A program made the translations under genes and the position numbers. A stretch of 64,000 bases of DNA from Haliotis cracherodii (lineage: Eukaryota): the NCBI RefSeq assembly GCF_022045235.1, contig NW_027266286.1, positions 46,128,001 through 46,192,000 of the forward strand. The letters run 5' to 3'. Within the stretch, counting starts at the first letter, position 1. Every line of letters starts with the position of its first letter. Below the pieces are notes generated by a model that saw only the letters and a list, made by a program, of their open reading frames with translations, searched no databases and was not told the DNA's origin. Shown here piece by piece: positions 13,601-26,100 of this stretch.

Positions 13601-16600
13601 TGAAACACGACTCACTCAATATATATCATAAGTGTCCTTTAATTTTTGTTCGGTCATACCTTTCGTTTATCATTGACCTGAATCTTGTAGAAACATGATG
13701 CGAAACAAAAACATGAATTTTGAGGAAAGGGCCGGCCCATGGGCAAAACCTTTTTCTCCCCGATGGGCGAAATATTTTGATAACGCTATAAAATCGTTGA
13801 ATTAAGTTTAAATGAGTTAAATTTTGTGTCATGATATTTGAAAGAAATACATTTATGTATTTGCGAAACAAAAACATGAGTTTTAAGTAAATCAACATAT
13901 TCTCGTACATGGGCCTACCCATGGGCCACTCGTCGCCCATGGGCAGGCCCATGGGCGACATAGTGTAATTACTGAGTTTTTGAACAATTCTTTTTCATTT
14001 TTTCTTCCTTGGTATGTTCCCATGAAAACAGCATGTTTAATTTTGTAAATACCTTTGACCGAGACTATTGGGTTTCCAGAATTAAAATGGGACGTGTTTG
14101 TATGACATGTGCTATCATATCCCCAGGTACAACGACGACATCAACTCCAACTTCTTCAGGTAACGGTCTCAAGGACTAATTGTTTCCTTGTTCAATTACA
14201 AATTATTAAGCATTAAATACAATATTCAGATATTTTTTACTCATAGAACTAACGGGTTAACTGAAAGACTTCTCATGAAGTTGCTGAGGGGGAATGTTTA
14301 ATGTGGTCCCATTCGAAATATGAAGAAATTGTTTATGCCGTAAGTATGGATTTGCCGAGGAATGTCATTACTTACTTTTAATCCCGCACTTAATACGCAC
14401 TAATTTACACAATATACATATATTACTGTGCAAAATGATAATATATATTATTTAATGGTGAAGGGTTGCACAATGATAATGAATTTAACGTTTGTATCAT
14501 TCTAACTGCATGATGTTGTTATATATGTTGTAAATGCGAATGTATGTAGTACGTGTATGATACTCTGTAACGTTGCACTAACATCTCCAGAACCGAACTC
14601 ATCAACACACAGCGGTACAGGGATCACAGGTCATACTTCTGATATGGTGTCAACGGTCAGCACTGTTGGCTCTACAAGGATTGATAAAACAGGTGGTATT
14701 TTTCACAGGTACAACTGATAACACAGCTGGCGTTACCGACACTGCCACAGGTACAACTGATAACACAGGTGGCGTTACCGACACTGCAACAGGTACAACT
14801 GATAACACAGGCGGAGTCACAGACACTGTCACAGGTACAACTGATAACACAGGTGGCGTTACCGACACTGCAACAGGTACAACTGACAACACAGGTGGCG
14901 TTACCGACACTGCCACAGGTACAACTGATAACACAGGTGGCGTTACCGACACTGCCACAGGTACAACTGATAACACAGGTGGCGTTACCGACACTGCCAC
15001 AGGTACAACTGATAACACAGGTGGCGTTACCGACACTGCCACAGGTACAACTGATAACACAGGTGGCGTTACCGACACTGCCGCAGGCACAACTGATAAC
15101 ACAGGTGGCGTTACCGACACTGCAACAGGTACAACTGATAACATAGCTGGCGTCACAGACACTGCAACAGGTACAACTGATAACACAGGCGGAGTCACAG
15201 ACACTGTCACAGGTACAACTGATAACACAGGTGGTGTCAAATACACTGCCACAGGTACAACTGATAACACAGACGGCGTTACCGACACTTCCTCAGGTAC
15301 AACTGATAACACAGGCGGAGTCACAGACACTGCCACAGGTACAACTGATAACACAGGTGGCGTTACCGACACTGCCTCAGGTACAACTGATACCACAGCT
15401 TGTGTCACAGACACTGCCACAATGTGCAAAAGGATAATATATAATATTTAATGGTGAAGGGTTACACAATGATAATGAATTTAACGTTTGTATCATTCTA
15501 ACTGCATGATGTTGTTATATATGTTGTAAATACGTAAACTATGCATGTAGTACGTGGATGATACTCTGTTGCACTAACATCTCCAGAGCCGAACACATCA
15601 ACACACAGCGGTACAGGGATCACAGGTCATACTTCTGATATGGTATCAACGGTCAGCACTGTTGGCTCTACAAGGATTGATAAAACAGGTGGTATTTTTC
15701 ACAGGTACAACTGATAACACAGCTGGCGTTACCGACACTGCCACAGGTACAACTGATAACACAGGTGGTGTCACAGACACTGTCACAGGTACAACTGATA
15801 ACACAGGTGGCGTTACCGACACTGCAACAGGTACAACTGATAACACAGCTGGCGTTACCGACACTGCCACAGGTACAACTGATAAAACAGCTGGCGTTAC
15901 CGACATTTCCGCAGGCACAACTGATAAGACAGGCGGAGTCACAGACACTACTGCTACAGGTACAACTGATATCACAAGTGGGGTGTCCAGCATTGTGACA
16001 GATACAAGCGAAAGTGGAGTCAAAACTAGCACATCGGCGATCGGGATAACGGGCTCTGCTACAGATTCTGGAGCAACGGCATCAGGCACATCAAGTGTAC
16101 CATCTGGTTCGAGTTCTGGAGGCCGCACATTTTCTTCTACCTCTGTCATAACCAATACCCTGTCTTCCATGCTCAGCTCACCACATGTATCCACTATTAA
16201 CAGTACACCTTCCACTACACTAACTCCCCATGTACCCGGGGTGTCTACAGTGTCTCCCACTATACACACAACTAACACAGGGAGTCCTGGACAGGATACG
16301 TCCATCACCTCAACCCTCACGACAACAGGTGATGGTACAGGACTTCCGCCCACACCACCACAAGCCGCCGTGTCCGACACCAGGGAACTTATAGGTAAGT
16401 GGTATGTTTCACCATTTGCTTGTATGATTTTTGTTTCTCGTTTAACGTCGCACTCATCAATATTCCAACTATATAAGTGAGTGTGCGAGTAAGTTGTGTT
16501 TAACGCCGCTTTTAACATTATTCCAGTTATATAACGGCGTGTCAGCCTAATGTGGGAGGAAAGCCCAAGTGATGCAGGTCGTAGACGTTTACCACTTCGG

Positions 16601-18687
16601 TGAAACCCACGAGCACGGGTATGGTGCTGACAAACCTGGAAACAAAATCGGGGCGAACCCACAATCATAGGTTTCTGGCGGAAAGGGATGCAACTCTGAG
16701 CAGCGAATTGTGGCGCCGTAGACGACTGGGCCACCCGTGCCCCCTCCAGCTATATGGCAGCGGTCTGTAAATAATCGAGTCTGAACCAAACAGCAGGTCA
16801 CTGATATATTGATCCATGATCCCCACTGTAAGGGTACAATGAACAAACAAATAAAAGTCACCGAGCCTGGACATCAGGCCACTAATTATAAGTCACCTCT
16901 TACACGAGCAGCATAGGTAGCTTGGAAGTCATTTTAATTTCATGCAAGACAAAGCATTTGTTTTGTAACAGCCGACAACGGCTGTATAACACCTGCCTGT
17001 AAATAGGCAAGTCAGCACAACCCATGCCATCGCAATGCGCTAACGCAGAACAGAGATTGTCACCACCTGATCCTCATTGGACGTTATATCCAATCCCTGT
17101 GACGGACAGTCTGCAAATGATGTATTCTGGACCGATCAATCCTAAAGATTAACATCAAGATTACTTAACTTATAATAGCGACGTGCATGAAGGTTTGCGT
17201 GTGCGCACGCGTCTGTGTTTGTGTGTCGGCCTGTACTAGTAAGGACTAATACTGGTTTAATAGTGCTAGCACACTGAGATACCATGCCGCAGTTTAACAT
17301 GGATACCCCACTGAGACACATCATACTGACCCCCACCCGACGAATCCTCGTTTCTATCCCCTTAGTGCAGAACGCCAGGCAGGGTAACAACAAGTTCGAT
17401 CTTTCAACGTCTTTTTGGTATGACTCGATCGACATTCAGCTCTCCGGGCAAACACTCTATCCACTGGACCATGAAGGCGGTCAATAATAAAATGATATTT
17501 TTTACACAGAGTGTCAAACATGTACTATACGTACCCTTTACACATTCTCTGCAAAATGTTGGTCGTCGTTACGTTTACATACTATTCCGACCAGTATTGT
17601 AAACACTGAAATTGTGAGGAACAATCGAAAAGGCTTTTTATTTGGCATCTACACGTTCTCATTTAATGAAGTATATCAATTGTGGCTAAACACACATGTA
17701 ATATTGATTTACTAACATCTGTTTCAGGGTTGGTGGTCGGATGTATCCTAGGAACAGTTCTTCTCATAGCCATCGCTGGCGTCTGTCGATATTATCACTG
17801 TGAGTGTGTTAATTGGTATTGACGTATCAACATTATGGAACATTACGAATAGTTGAATTTTCCACTGTCAGTATGGCTTTAATAGCCATTTTTACGTCAT
17901 GGGGCCTATGTACAAAATAATACATATGTATGTGGATGTTCGAGAGCTACATTTAGCTCAATGTGTGAGCGAATAACAACATCCTGCAACATCAATCCGT
18001 GATCACGAAGTTATGGTGTCATGGTTTTGTTTGTTTGTCTGTAAATAATCGAGTCTGGACCAGACAATCTAATGATTGATATCACGAGCATCGTTCTTCG
18101 CAATTGGGATACGAGGACATGCATCAACCAAGTCAGTGAGCCTGACCACCCGATCCCGTTAGTAGCCTCTTACAAGCATAGTCGCCTTTGACGGTAAGTA
18201 TGGTGTCATGACGGGAGAACCATTCAACCATACATGTATTGCTATCCATTTGAAGAAGTTAGCCGAGTACAAAACTGTCTCTCATTACTTTTCACATTAC
18301 TTAATCAACACACTGGAATAGTCGAAGGCGAGCGTTTTGATCATGTCAAATTTCAGTATTTTCATTCCCGCCTCGCTTACACCTTATACATCATCACCAT
18401 CCATTTAATTTGTATTTCCTCCTAGAAATCTGAGTTAGGGACTATCTTAAACCTATAAATACACTATATGTTCGAGACAACACTTTTGTATTATAGCAAG
18501 TCGGAGGAGGAGCGACCCAGAGTCCGATGCGTCAACTGACTCAACATCTGACGGGAGTTGGGACAGGACGCTGTTCAGTAGAAGTACTCTGGTGCTCAAG
18601 AGTAACGCCTCCACCCTGATGTACAAGCCCAGCCACGAGATCCTCTTCCCTCCAGTCAACTACCTGCCCACGTACAAAGTCTACTGA
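7646..18687 (+). CDS. Gene B: type-I membrane mucin-like protein with 8-Cys N-terminal domain and Thr/Gly/Asp repeat stalk (about 670 aa or longer)
   Basis: Exons 7646-7706 (signal MKTCNGLTFVVLLGNTLFLV), 9744-9785, 10144-10497 (Cys domain), 11382-11843, 12704-12775, 14127-14159, 14591-14629 and/or 15587-15625, 15705-16394, 17728-17799 (TM GLVVGCILGTVLLIAIAGVC) and 18497-18687 (tail ending PVNYLPTYKVY*). All are phase-1 GT-AG and sum in frame. Use of the duplicated repeat exon 14709-15422 is unresolved. Confidence 0.8.
7865..8990. repeat. Degenerate ~40-nt minisatellite in gene B intron 1
   Basis: Recurrent AGGACTACATGTTTAGTGTGTGAGAGATACAGTTTGGAA-like units, best conserved at 8270-8960. Confidence 0.8.
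10552..10746. repeat. Compound microsatellite (CA)n/(GCAC)n/(GGAC)n
   Basis: Directly visible. Confidence 0.95.
11011..11186 (+). mobile_element. Short tRNA-derived SINE with (ACTC)n tail
   Basis: A box TAGCCTTGTGG, B box GGTTCGATTCCC, and 3' end GCTGGAATATTGCTAAAAGCGGCGTAAAACCATACTCACTC. Confidence 0.85.
12360..12537 (+). mobile_element. Short tRNA-derived SINE with (ACTC)n tail
   Basis: Same family as 11011; flanking direct repeat CTAACAAAGGTT. Confidence 0.85.
13297..13520 (+). mobile_element. GACCCGTGAAG-family SINE-like copy
   Basis: Aligns with 45111-45374; (ACAA)n tail. Confidence 0.8.
14427..15960 (+). repeat. Tandem duplication (996-nt offset) of intron + 39-nt exon + repeat exon in gene B
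   Basis: 14427-14708 is nearly identical to 15423-15704. Acceptors at 14591/15587 and 14709/15705 are exactly 996 nt apart. Confidence 0.92.
14709..15422 (+). repeat. Coding minisatellite: 17 x 42-nt units (GTTDNTGGVTDTAT)
   Basis: Directly visible tandem array; six more units occur from 15705. Confidence 0.95.
16478..16745 (-). mobile_element. V-domain-like SINE copy
   Basis: Reverse-complement match to 20193-20470, nested inside a fragment of another SINE family. Confidence 0.75.
17205..17481 (-). mobile_element. Meta-like SINE copy (diverged)
   Basis: Aligns with 2667-3020. Confidence 0.7.
18023..18200 (-). mobile_element. GACCCGTGAAG-family SINE-like copy (partial)
   Basis: Reverse-complement match. 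Confidence 0.7.
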
Positions 18688-19642
18688 GTGAACTGCGTGG
18701 CACTGACAGTTGGACCTCTTCTGAGACTCTCCCAGAACATGCAGTGATGAAGATGGTCGGCATCATGTGTTGATGCTGTGCCAGGCCCATTGGTGCCAAA
18801 CGAAAATGGCTTACTTCTGGACACTGGCTGTGTGGGTTATCGTTCGCATATGGGATGTCGTGGTTCCTTGCCCTGAAGTCCAGTTGTCCTAGGTTCCGGG
18901 TGTCCATGTGTCCGGGTGTCAGAAGAAGCAGATTTATGTACAGTTTACATGTATTCAAAATGAGAGGAAAGACAAGGACGAGGACAAGGTTTACCATACG
19001 GTTTCTTTGTTCACAATTCAGTCTGAAGATTGCTTACTGATACCCTCATCGACCTTATCTTGTAATCCTCCAAAGCAATTACTCCTGATGGATTAATAGC
19101 CTGATATGAATTTATTTATATATAATATTTATCAAAATATAAGTTTCGTACATTCTGTTTCAGAAATGTTTTTTTTGGGGAAATGTACGTATGCAGGAAC
19201 ATTACGCTGTGAATTGTTCACGTAGACCACATTCTAAATCCCATTTTGTAATGTTACTTCCACGCATATATGTTTGCGTAAATAATTGATTGGTCAGTTT
19301 AAGTATATCAAGTTACATAAGATAGGCAATGGCGCATCGTTGAATAAGTACTGTGTGTGGATTAGTTAATGATATTGTATACAACAGGTTAGTAGAGTAT
19401 ACATAAAGTGGTCTTTGTACATATGTACTATTTTGTCCACGGTGTCACATTGTGATAACAATATACTTCTCTGATACTACTCTGATACTCTGAAATGTAA
19501 AGCCTTATACTCAGCTAAGCAGTTAGTACCTGCTTGTGAAGAACTTTTAAACATGTTATTTCATACTTTTATATCATTGTGATATTTTTTGTACATGAAC
19601 AATTGTATTTATCACATATCTGTCTAAAATATACGAATGTAA

Positions 19643-19648
19643 AATAAA
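19643..19648 (+). terminator. Candidate polyadenylation signal of gene B
   Basis: AATAAA ending an AT-rich tract about 950 nt after the gene B stop; positional inference only. Confidence 0.4.
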
Positions 19649-20192
19649 ACTTGTACCTCACTTAGCATCGTCCACGCTGCGCCTCTGTAACAAGTAACCT
19701 GCTGCACCAAGAGAGTAGAATTCGTCAGGTGGCCTAGTCATCTATGGCGGTACAATTCACTCACTACAATGAATTCCTTTTGCATACCCGAAAATTTGGA
19801 TTTTGAATCTCGATTCATGCTGATTATGTTTCTAGGTTTGTCAGCAACATACCCGTGCTCGTGGGTTTCACCAAAGTGGTAAACATCTGACACCTGCATC
19901 ACTTCGGGCTTTCTTCCAACATCTGACTCGCCGTGATACAACTGAAATAATTTTGAAAGCAGCGTCAAGCAAACTCACTAAGCGTTCAGCTGTATATAAT
20001 GTAGCGACGGTTACGTATACCGAACGTGGATCTGTAGATACGTAAGGATTTGCCTGATATAGGAGTGTTGCACGAAGGTCATTGTGATGTAAAAAGATTC
20101 GATGATTTAAATACATATAGCTCCGCATTTCTATCAGTCTCTGTATTTGACAAAGAAAAGAGTATATATATAAATATTCTTAAGGCCCTCTA

Positions 20193-20470
20193 GGGGGCAC
20201 GGGTTGCCTAGTCGTCTAAGGCGCCGCGATTCGCTGTGCAGAGTTGCGTCCCTTTGGCACGCCAGAAACCAAGGATTGTGGGTTCGATTCCCGGTACGCC
20301 CCGATAATGTTTCTAGGTTTGTCAGCACCATACCCGTGCCCGAGGGTTTCAGCGAAGTGGTAAACGTCTGAGACCTGCATCACTTCGGGCTTTCCTCCCA
20401 CAATAAGCTGACACGCCGTGATATAACTGGAATACTGTTAAAAGCGGCGTTAAACTCAACTCACTCACTC
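20193..20470 (+). mobile_element. V-domain-like SINE with extended tRNA head
   Basis: Head GTCGTCTAAGGCGCC...GTGGGTTCGATTCCC, V-like body ending CTTCGGGCTTTCCTCCCAC, and (ACTC)n tail. Confidence 0.8.
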
Positions 20471-20589
20471 TTAAGGCCTTCGTATTTCGATTATGAGTTA
20501 CCATGGACATCCACTGGGAATATGCCTGCACAACCAGAGTATAACTGACAGGCTGTAAACGTAATCTGAAAACGGTATTTACTTACAGG

Positions 20590-20848
20590 TTTTATTTGTT
20601 GTTTAACGCCGAACTCAGCAATATCCCAGATGTATGACGGCGATCTGTAAATAATCGAACATGGACCAGACAATCCAGTGATTGACATCGAGAACATCAA
20701 ACTACGCAGTTGGGATAAGATGACATGGATCAACCAAGTCAGCGATCCTGACCACCCAATTCCGTTCGTCGCCTCTTTTGACAAGCATAGACGCCTTTTA
20801 CGGCAAGCATGGGTTACTGAAGACCTATTCTACCCCGGATCTTCACGG
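20590..20848 (-). mobile_element. GACCCGTGAAG-family SINE-like copy
   Basis: Reverse-complement match, near full length. Confidence 0.8.
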
Positions 20849-21174
20849 TTTAATTACAGGTGGAGTTACACGAGGCTAACACTGTATTCACACCAGTAAC
20901 ATTTACCATTAACCATTACCAGTAACCATTGCCATTTACATATGTGTAGTGAAACAGCAGCTATTGAGCAAGGTGCATGATCTGTACACATATCGCAAAG
21001 ATGAGATCACGGATGAATTCAATAACGTATTGACACTGCCTAAACGTGGTGGTAAAGGGACCCGCCTTGTACAATAACGATCATAGGCTGCTGGTACACC
21101 TAAGGGACGGTGCTCTGCAAGCAAATTGCGACCTTTCAGACAATGGGGCCACCAGTCCTCCGATGGTCTTACAG

Positions 21175-21452
21175 TGAGTGAGTGAGTGAGTGAGTGAGGG
21201 AATGATTTGGGTTTAACGCCGCTTTTAACAGTATTCCAGTTATATCACGGCGTGTCAGCTTAATGTGGTAGGAAAGCCCGAAGTGATGTAGGTCTTAGAC
21301 GTTTACCACTTCGGTGAAACCCACGAGCACGGGTACGGTGCTGACAAACCTAGAAACATAATCGGGGCGAACCGGGATTCGAACCAACAATCATAGGTTT
21401 CTGGCGTGCCCAAGGGACGCAACTCTGCAAAGCGAATTGCGGCGCCTTAGAC
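21175..21452 (-). mobile_element. V-domain-like SINE copy
   Basis: Match to the 20193 family; flanking direct repeat CGATGGTCTTACAGT. Confidence 0.8.
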
Positions 21453-23161
21453 GATGGTCTTACAGTCATGTTGACCGGGTTAATGTGACCGTATTAATGG
21501 GTTGATGTGCGAGCGAGTGGGTTTGGTTTCATCATAACGATAGGACTAAAATCGGACAACGGGCGGGCAACCAAGTACCTGATCGTGGATACCTGAATAA
21601 TTCATTTCTAGTAGCAGTTTGTTGTGACTGAGAGTACAGTTGAAGAATTCACTCAGCATCATATCTACGGATCAGGAGGTCGTGAAGGGGGATGTACCCC
21701 AACCCGTCCTTTTTGAAACATACATTTAAAATAGTTTGTATATATTGAGTGAGTATAAGGACGCCGCTATATATATTCCCGCAACATCACAACGAGGGTA
21801 ACCAGCATATTTTATACAGGTGATCGGGTATATTTAAGGTAAACGTATAACATCACAATGACACATTTGGGGGTATATATTCAACATAATGACACGAATA
21901 ATTAGTACTAATTGCCAAATCACAAAATGCGTCCCTACGTTTCCATGAAACTGTCACCGCGAGTGCATCTCCGTGGTCAAGGCGTTCTTCCCAGATGGGA
22001 GTAAGGAAAGGTCTTCGAAAAGAGCAGCGAACACTGTAGCAACACTGTTTTGCACGCCCAGTGTTGAAATTACATATCATACATAGTATATAGAAATATA
22101 TATACAATACATCGCAACTATACCCAGTTTAGCGCTGAATATTTTGTATATGGGATGTAAATTCGACTAATTCAATAAAAGTTGAAACATACCTCTTAAC
22201 CTCAAAGTACGAATCCAGGTAGAGTTGCATAAATATTGCCGTTCTTTTCTTCAGTTATTTACTGAACCCTTGTGATGTTATTTCGGTTCAGATGTTCACC
22301 AAAGGTGATACAGGGTCAGTTATAGTTACCTTGCATTTACATATCCCCACCTTTACCTTTATAATAAACATACATCTCTACCGTTTTTAGTGATAAAGTT
22401 AATAAACCTCAAATTAGATAAACATCGTTATATTAATGATGATATACAGTTATACTCTACTTAACTAATATTGTCAGCGGATGGAGTAAATATATCTTTT
22501 TTCGCTGTTTTCTTTGGGAATTTATGCAAACATGGCAATAGATGAATACACTTGCGAAATTAAATTGGAGGTCAGCAAATATTAAGCTTGGATGTATATT
22601 TGAACATCAACAAGAGAGTCGAGTCGTTGCTGTGCATCTATGCGACTGTCAACGTCCCGACAGTGAATACCTACATGTACCTCTCACGTCCCCTACAAGT
22701 AGCCTAATTTATCACTGAACACACAATAGCAGAGACATGTGCTTTCCCTGCGAGTCCTCTGGATGCGCTAGGCGGGAGATTGTGTGTGGGAAACGAGAAG
22801 TGTTGTATTGAAGAAATTATTTACCTATCACAATTGACCTGTGTATTAGAGCGGGGCCATCTGGCGACGTTATGCTATAAATGGACCGACCAATTGCTAA
22901 ATGTCGTTCCACACAATGCGTACTATATATGACGACTGGAGAATCACATTCCTTGTAGTAGGTGAAATCACAACTAGTACTTTTTGTGGCGGACATAATG
23001 GTGGAGAAAGCATTTCGCAACGCTCAAGTGCACAACATGATGTGAATATGTTCATAAGTAATATAAAAGGAATGAGCGGGCTTGAAGGGGATGTCACCAG
23101 CAGATGTTGGCATAGGGGAGACACAGGGAGACTCAGAATGGATTAAGAGATACTAACAGGC

Positions 23162-26100
23162 ATGGATATAGGTTGTGTCATAGCATTGGCTGTGTTTCTT
23201 GTAAACACGGGTAGGTACAAGTACATTGAGTTGAAGAGATTCAGGTATCCGTGTGGCATGAGATGTATATAAGTAACATAAGTAATATAATCCTGATCAC
23301 GCATTTTTAAAACCCCGAGGAACATGTTATATATAAATATGAATTATTAAATAAATGCGATTAAATACCACCTTCGTTTATAAATATGATTGATATGTTA
23401 TGTATGTACATATGTATATAGATCTACATGCATTCACAGTGGTGTGATGTGTAAATAAATAGTATAATTAATACCTATTGTTCACATACAGTTTTGTTGT
23501 TGTTTGTTTATTTGTTGTTTAACGCTGCACGCAGCAATATTCCAGCTATATGACGGCGGTCACATACAGTCTGACGACCGAGGAAAAATAAGATCATTAG
23601 TGCGAATACGATATAATAACATTCTGATTGGTAAGAATTATGTGCTGTATATGATATTTGTATTTATTTCCAGTGCACCGGGTCTATGCCGAGTGCCCTC
23701 AAGATCGAATTCCGGGTAAGACTAATATGGAATACATGGAAAACTAGTATTAGTTTCATTTACAGTAAACTACGGTTATAACGAATACGCTTATAACGAA
23801 CAGACCGATATAACGAACTTATTTTTAAGTCCCGGCCATTTGATGTATATATGCTGTATATAATGCTTATAACGAACCACGGTTATAACGAACTAAAATT
23901 AGTGGTCCCTTTGAGTTCGTTATAACCATAGTTGACTGTAATAGGATGTGGTACACAGGTAAAAACGACATTAGTATCAGAATGTCCTCCCACTACGTGT
24001 CGGGTGAGTAGATCGAGGTACACACAGGAAGGAACAAAATTGATGATCGTGATGCACCTAAGGACACATATAATTATCCACCTTTAATAACGAGGTAGTG
24101 ACGTGGATATATATGACAGGTCTCGTGAACTCAATTGTTCTATCATCAGCTTGAGCTAAATCACGTTGCCATTATTAATATAATAACTGACGATTTAACA
24201 AATATCCCTAAGAAAAAGGCCATTTATTCCATGTTTGTAGAACATAACTTCAAGCATCTGTTTTGACACGGTGGTAGGCTGTGGTTTAGTGGTTAAATAA
24301 CGTACGCTCATCACGTCAAAAATTCGTTGTCCCACATTCTGAAGGTCAGGATATTAGTGGCTGTCGTTTATAAACAATGGGGATTTTCTCACAGGGTGTT
24401 AACACTCACTAACTCATTGACAATCTCACTCACACTTCAGTCGTGGACCTGTGCGGTACCGACCCATTCACAGACTACGTCTTCTACATCCAGAGTGCCG
24501 GCATGTCCGGTGGCTTTAGTCACTGCAGCTGTACTTTGTCTACCACACAAGACAAAAACAGCGTCACCATCAACCCCTCAGCCGACGTCATACCATCCAT
24601 CTGCCAGGCGTACATCCTCGTCGTCGACGGACTACCCCGTGGCTCGGCCTACGCTTGGTGTAACAGACAGGGGACGCTTGCGGCTGTCATGGATAAAGCG
24701 ACATCGTGGTCTGTAGACGTCGTGAAGACATCGTCGACGGCGCCAGCTACTGACCCGGGTCATTGTCTGCTTGTTCGTGGAAGCAGTCGTAAGTGGTTTT
24801 AAGTAAATAGAATATGCAACCTCTGCGGATGTACGAGATAAAATAAGTGACAGTATACGAAGAGTGCCTTTGTATAAAATGGGGAAAGTGACAGAATGCT
24901 AAGATATCTCATATTATTTGCACACACATATACATTTATACGAATATCGGATCATGAATGGATAATATACGATTTACCATTCGGGAATCTTCTGGAAGAT
25001 AAATCTCTTTAGAAGTTATGTTAGATAAAATAGTGCTAAATACTATTTGAAACGGGGACATAGAGATTACAAACATATTTTCCCTGTTTTCGTTGTGTAG
25101 CCAATGTAACGTCATTGGATTTCAAACAGTTCTCACAATGTATATATGTAATGGTTTTAGTTTGAGACGCTGGACATGGTCTGTTGTTGTTTTTTTGTCT
25201 AAAAAGATGCATGAGTGAGTGAATGTTGTTAAACGCCAGAGTCAGAAATATCACAGCCGTCCGTAACAGACGCGTCCTGGAGTGAGGTACAATTTAACGT
25301 CGCAGCCATACAGTGACAAACCAGCGGTTGATATTATGAACAACAGCCCACACAGTCGCAGTCTTGACAAGAGTGAGGTACAATTTAACATCGCAGCCAT
25401 ACAGCGACGAACCAGCGGTTGATATTATGAACAACAGCCCACTCAGTCGGGTCCCAGGAAACAATCAACCGAGCCCCACCACCCAACCTAACTTAGTTGT
25501 CAACAGTAGAGTGCATCGGACCGCTTCTTACACGGGGCCCTCTGCTATAGATTCAATTCTAATGTCACGGGCCCATAGATTACAAACATCCGCAGCGGTG
25601 CAGGTTTTCACATTGTACAGACATTCTTCCGAATGTCACATTAAGGGGAAGTCGATGTCTAACTGAACAAGTAGAAAATGACATATCGCTTGTTGTTATG
25701 TGAACAATATGACAGCGCTTGTCGTTCTACCTGACTTCAACCTATTTCCAAAGGTGTACAAATAATACAATTAGAGTCGTGAGTCAGCTGATACAATCAA
25801 CGCCCGTGCAGCCACCATTGAAGTCCCAGCCAGAGGTGGTATAGGCCCCGTGGCCACATTCTTGTGGATATTGTACACAGAGATAGTGCTGTACCACTGA
25901 AGGACTTTACCGGCATACCCACACCCATCCAGCCAAGGCAAGCTTTACTTAAAGATGCCTCAGCTGCACCCGAGGATACACCAATAGAGTATTAGATATC
26001 ACAATCAGACACACGCCGTAGGAACACGCAGGACTAGAGCACAGGGAGTATTAGCTTTAAAAAACAGCGGGCTTATACACACTGGTATTTCAATATTTCA

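Noticed and set aside
13720-13965. Cluster of CCCATGGG palindromic motifs
   Set aside because: Probably the subterminal repeats of a DNA-transposon fragment, but no termini or TSD could be defined.
14709-15422. Regular repeat array considered as a CRISPR
   Set aside because: Head-to-tail units without unique spacers, in a eukaryotic coding exon, with no cas genes.
14650-16734. Long minus-strand Val/Pro/Ser-rich ORFs (259 aa, 362 aa) and alternative plus frames
   Set aside because: Antisense or shifted shadows of the 42-nt coding repeat; the 362-aa ORF begins inside a SINE.
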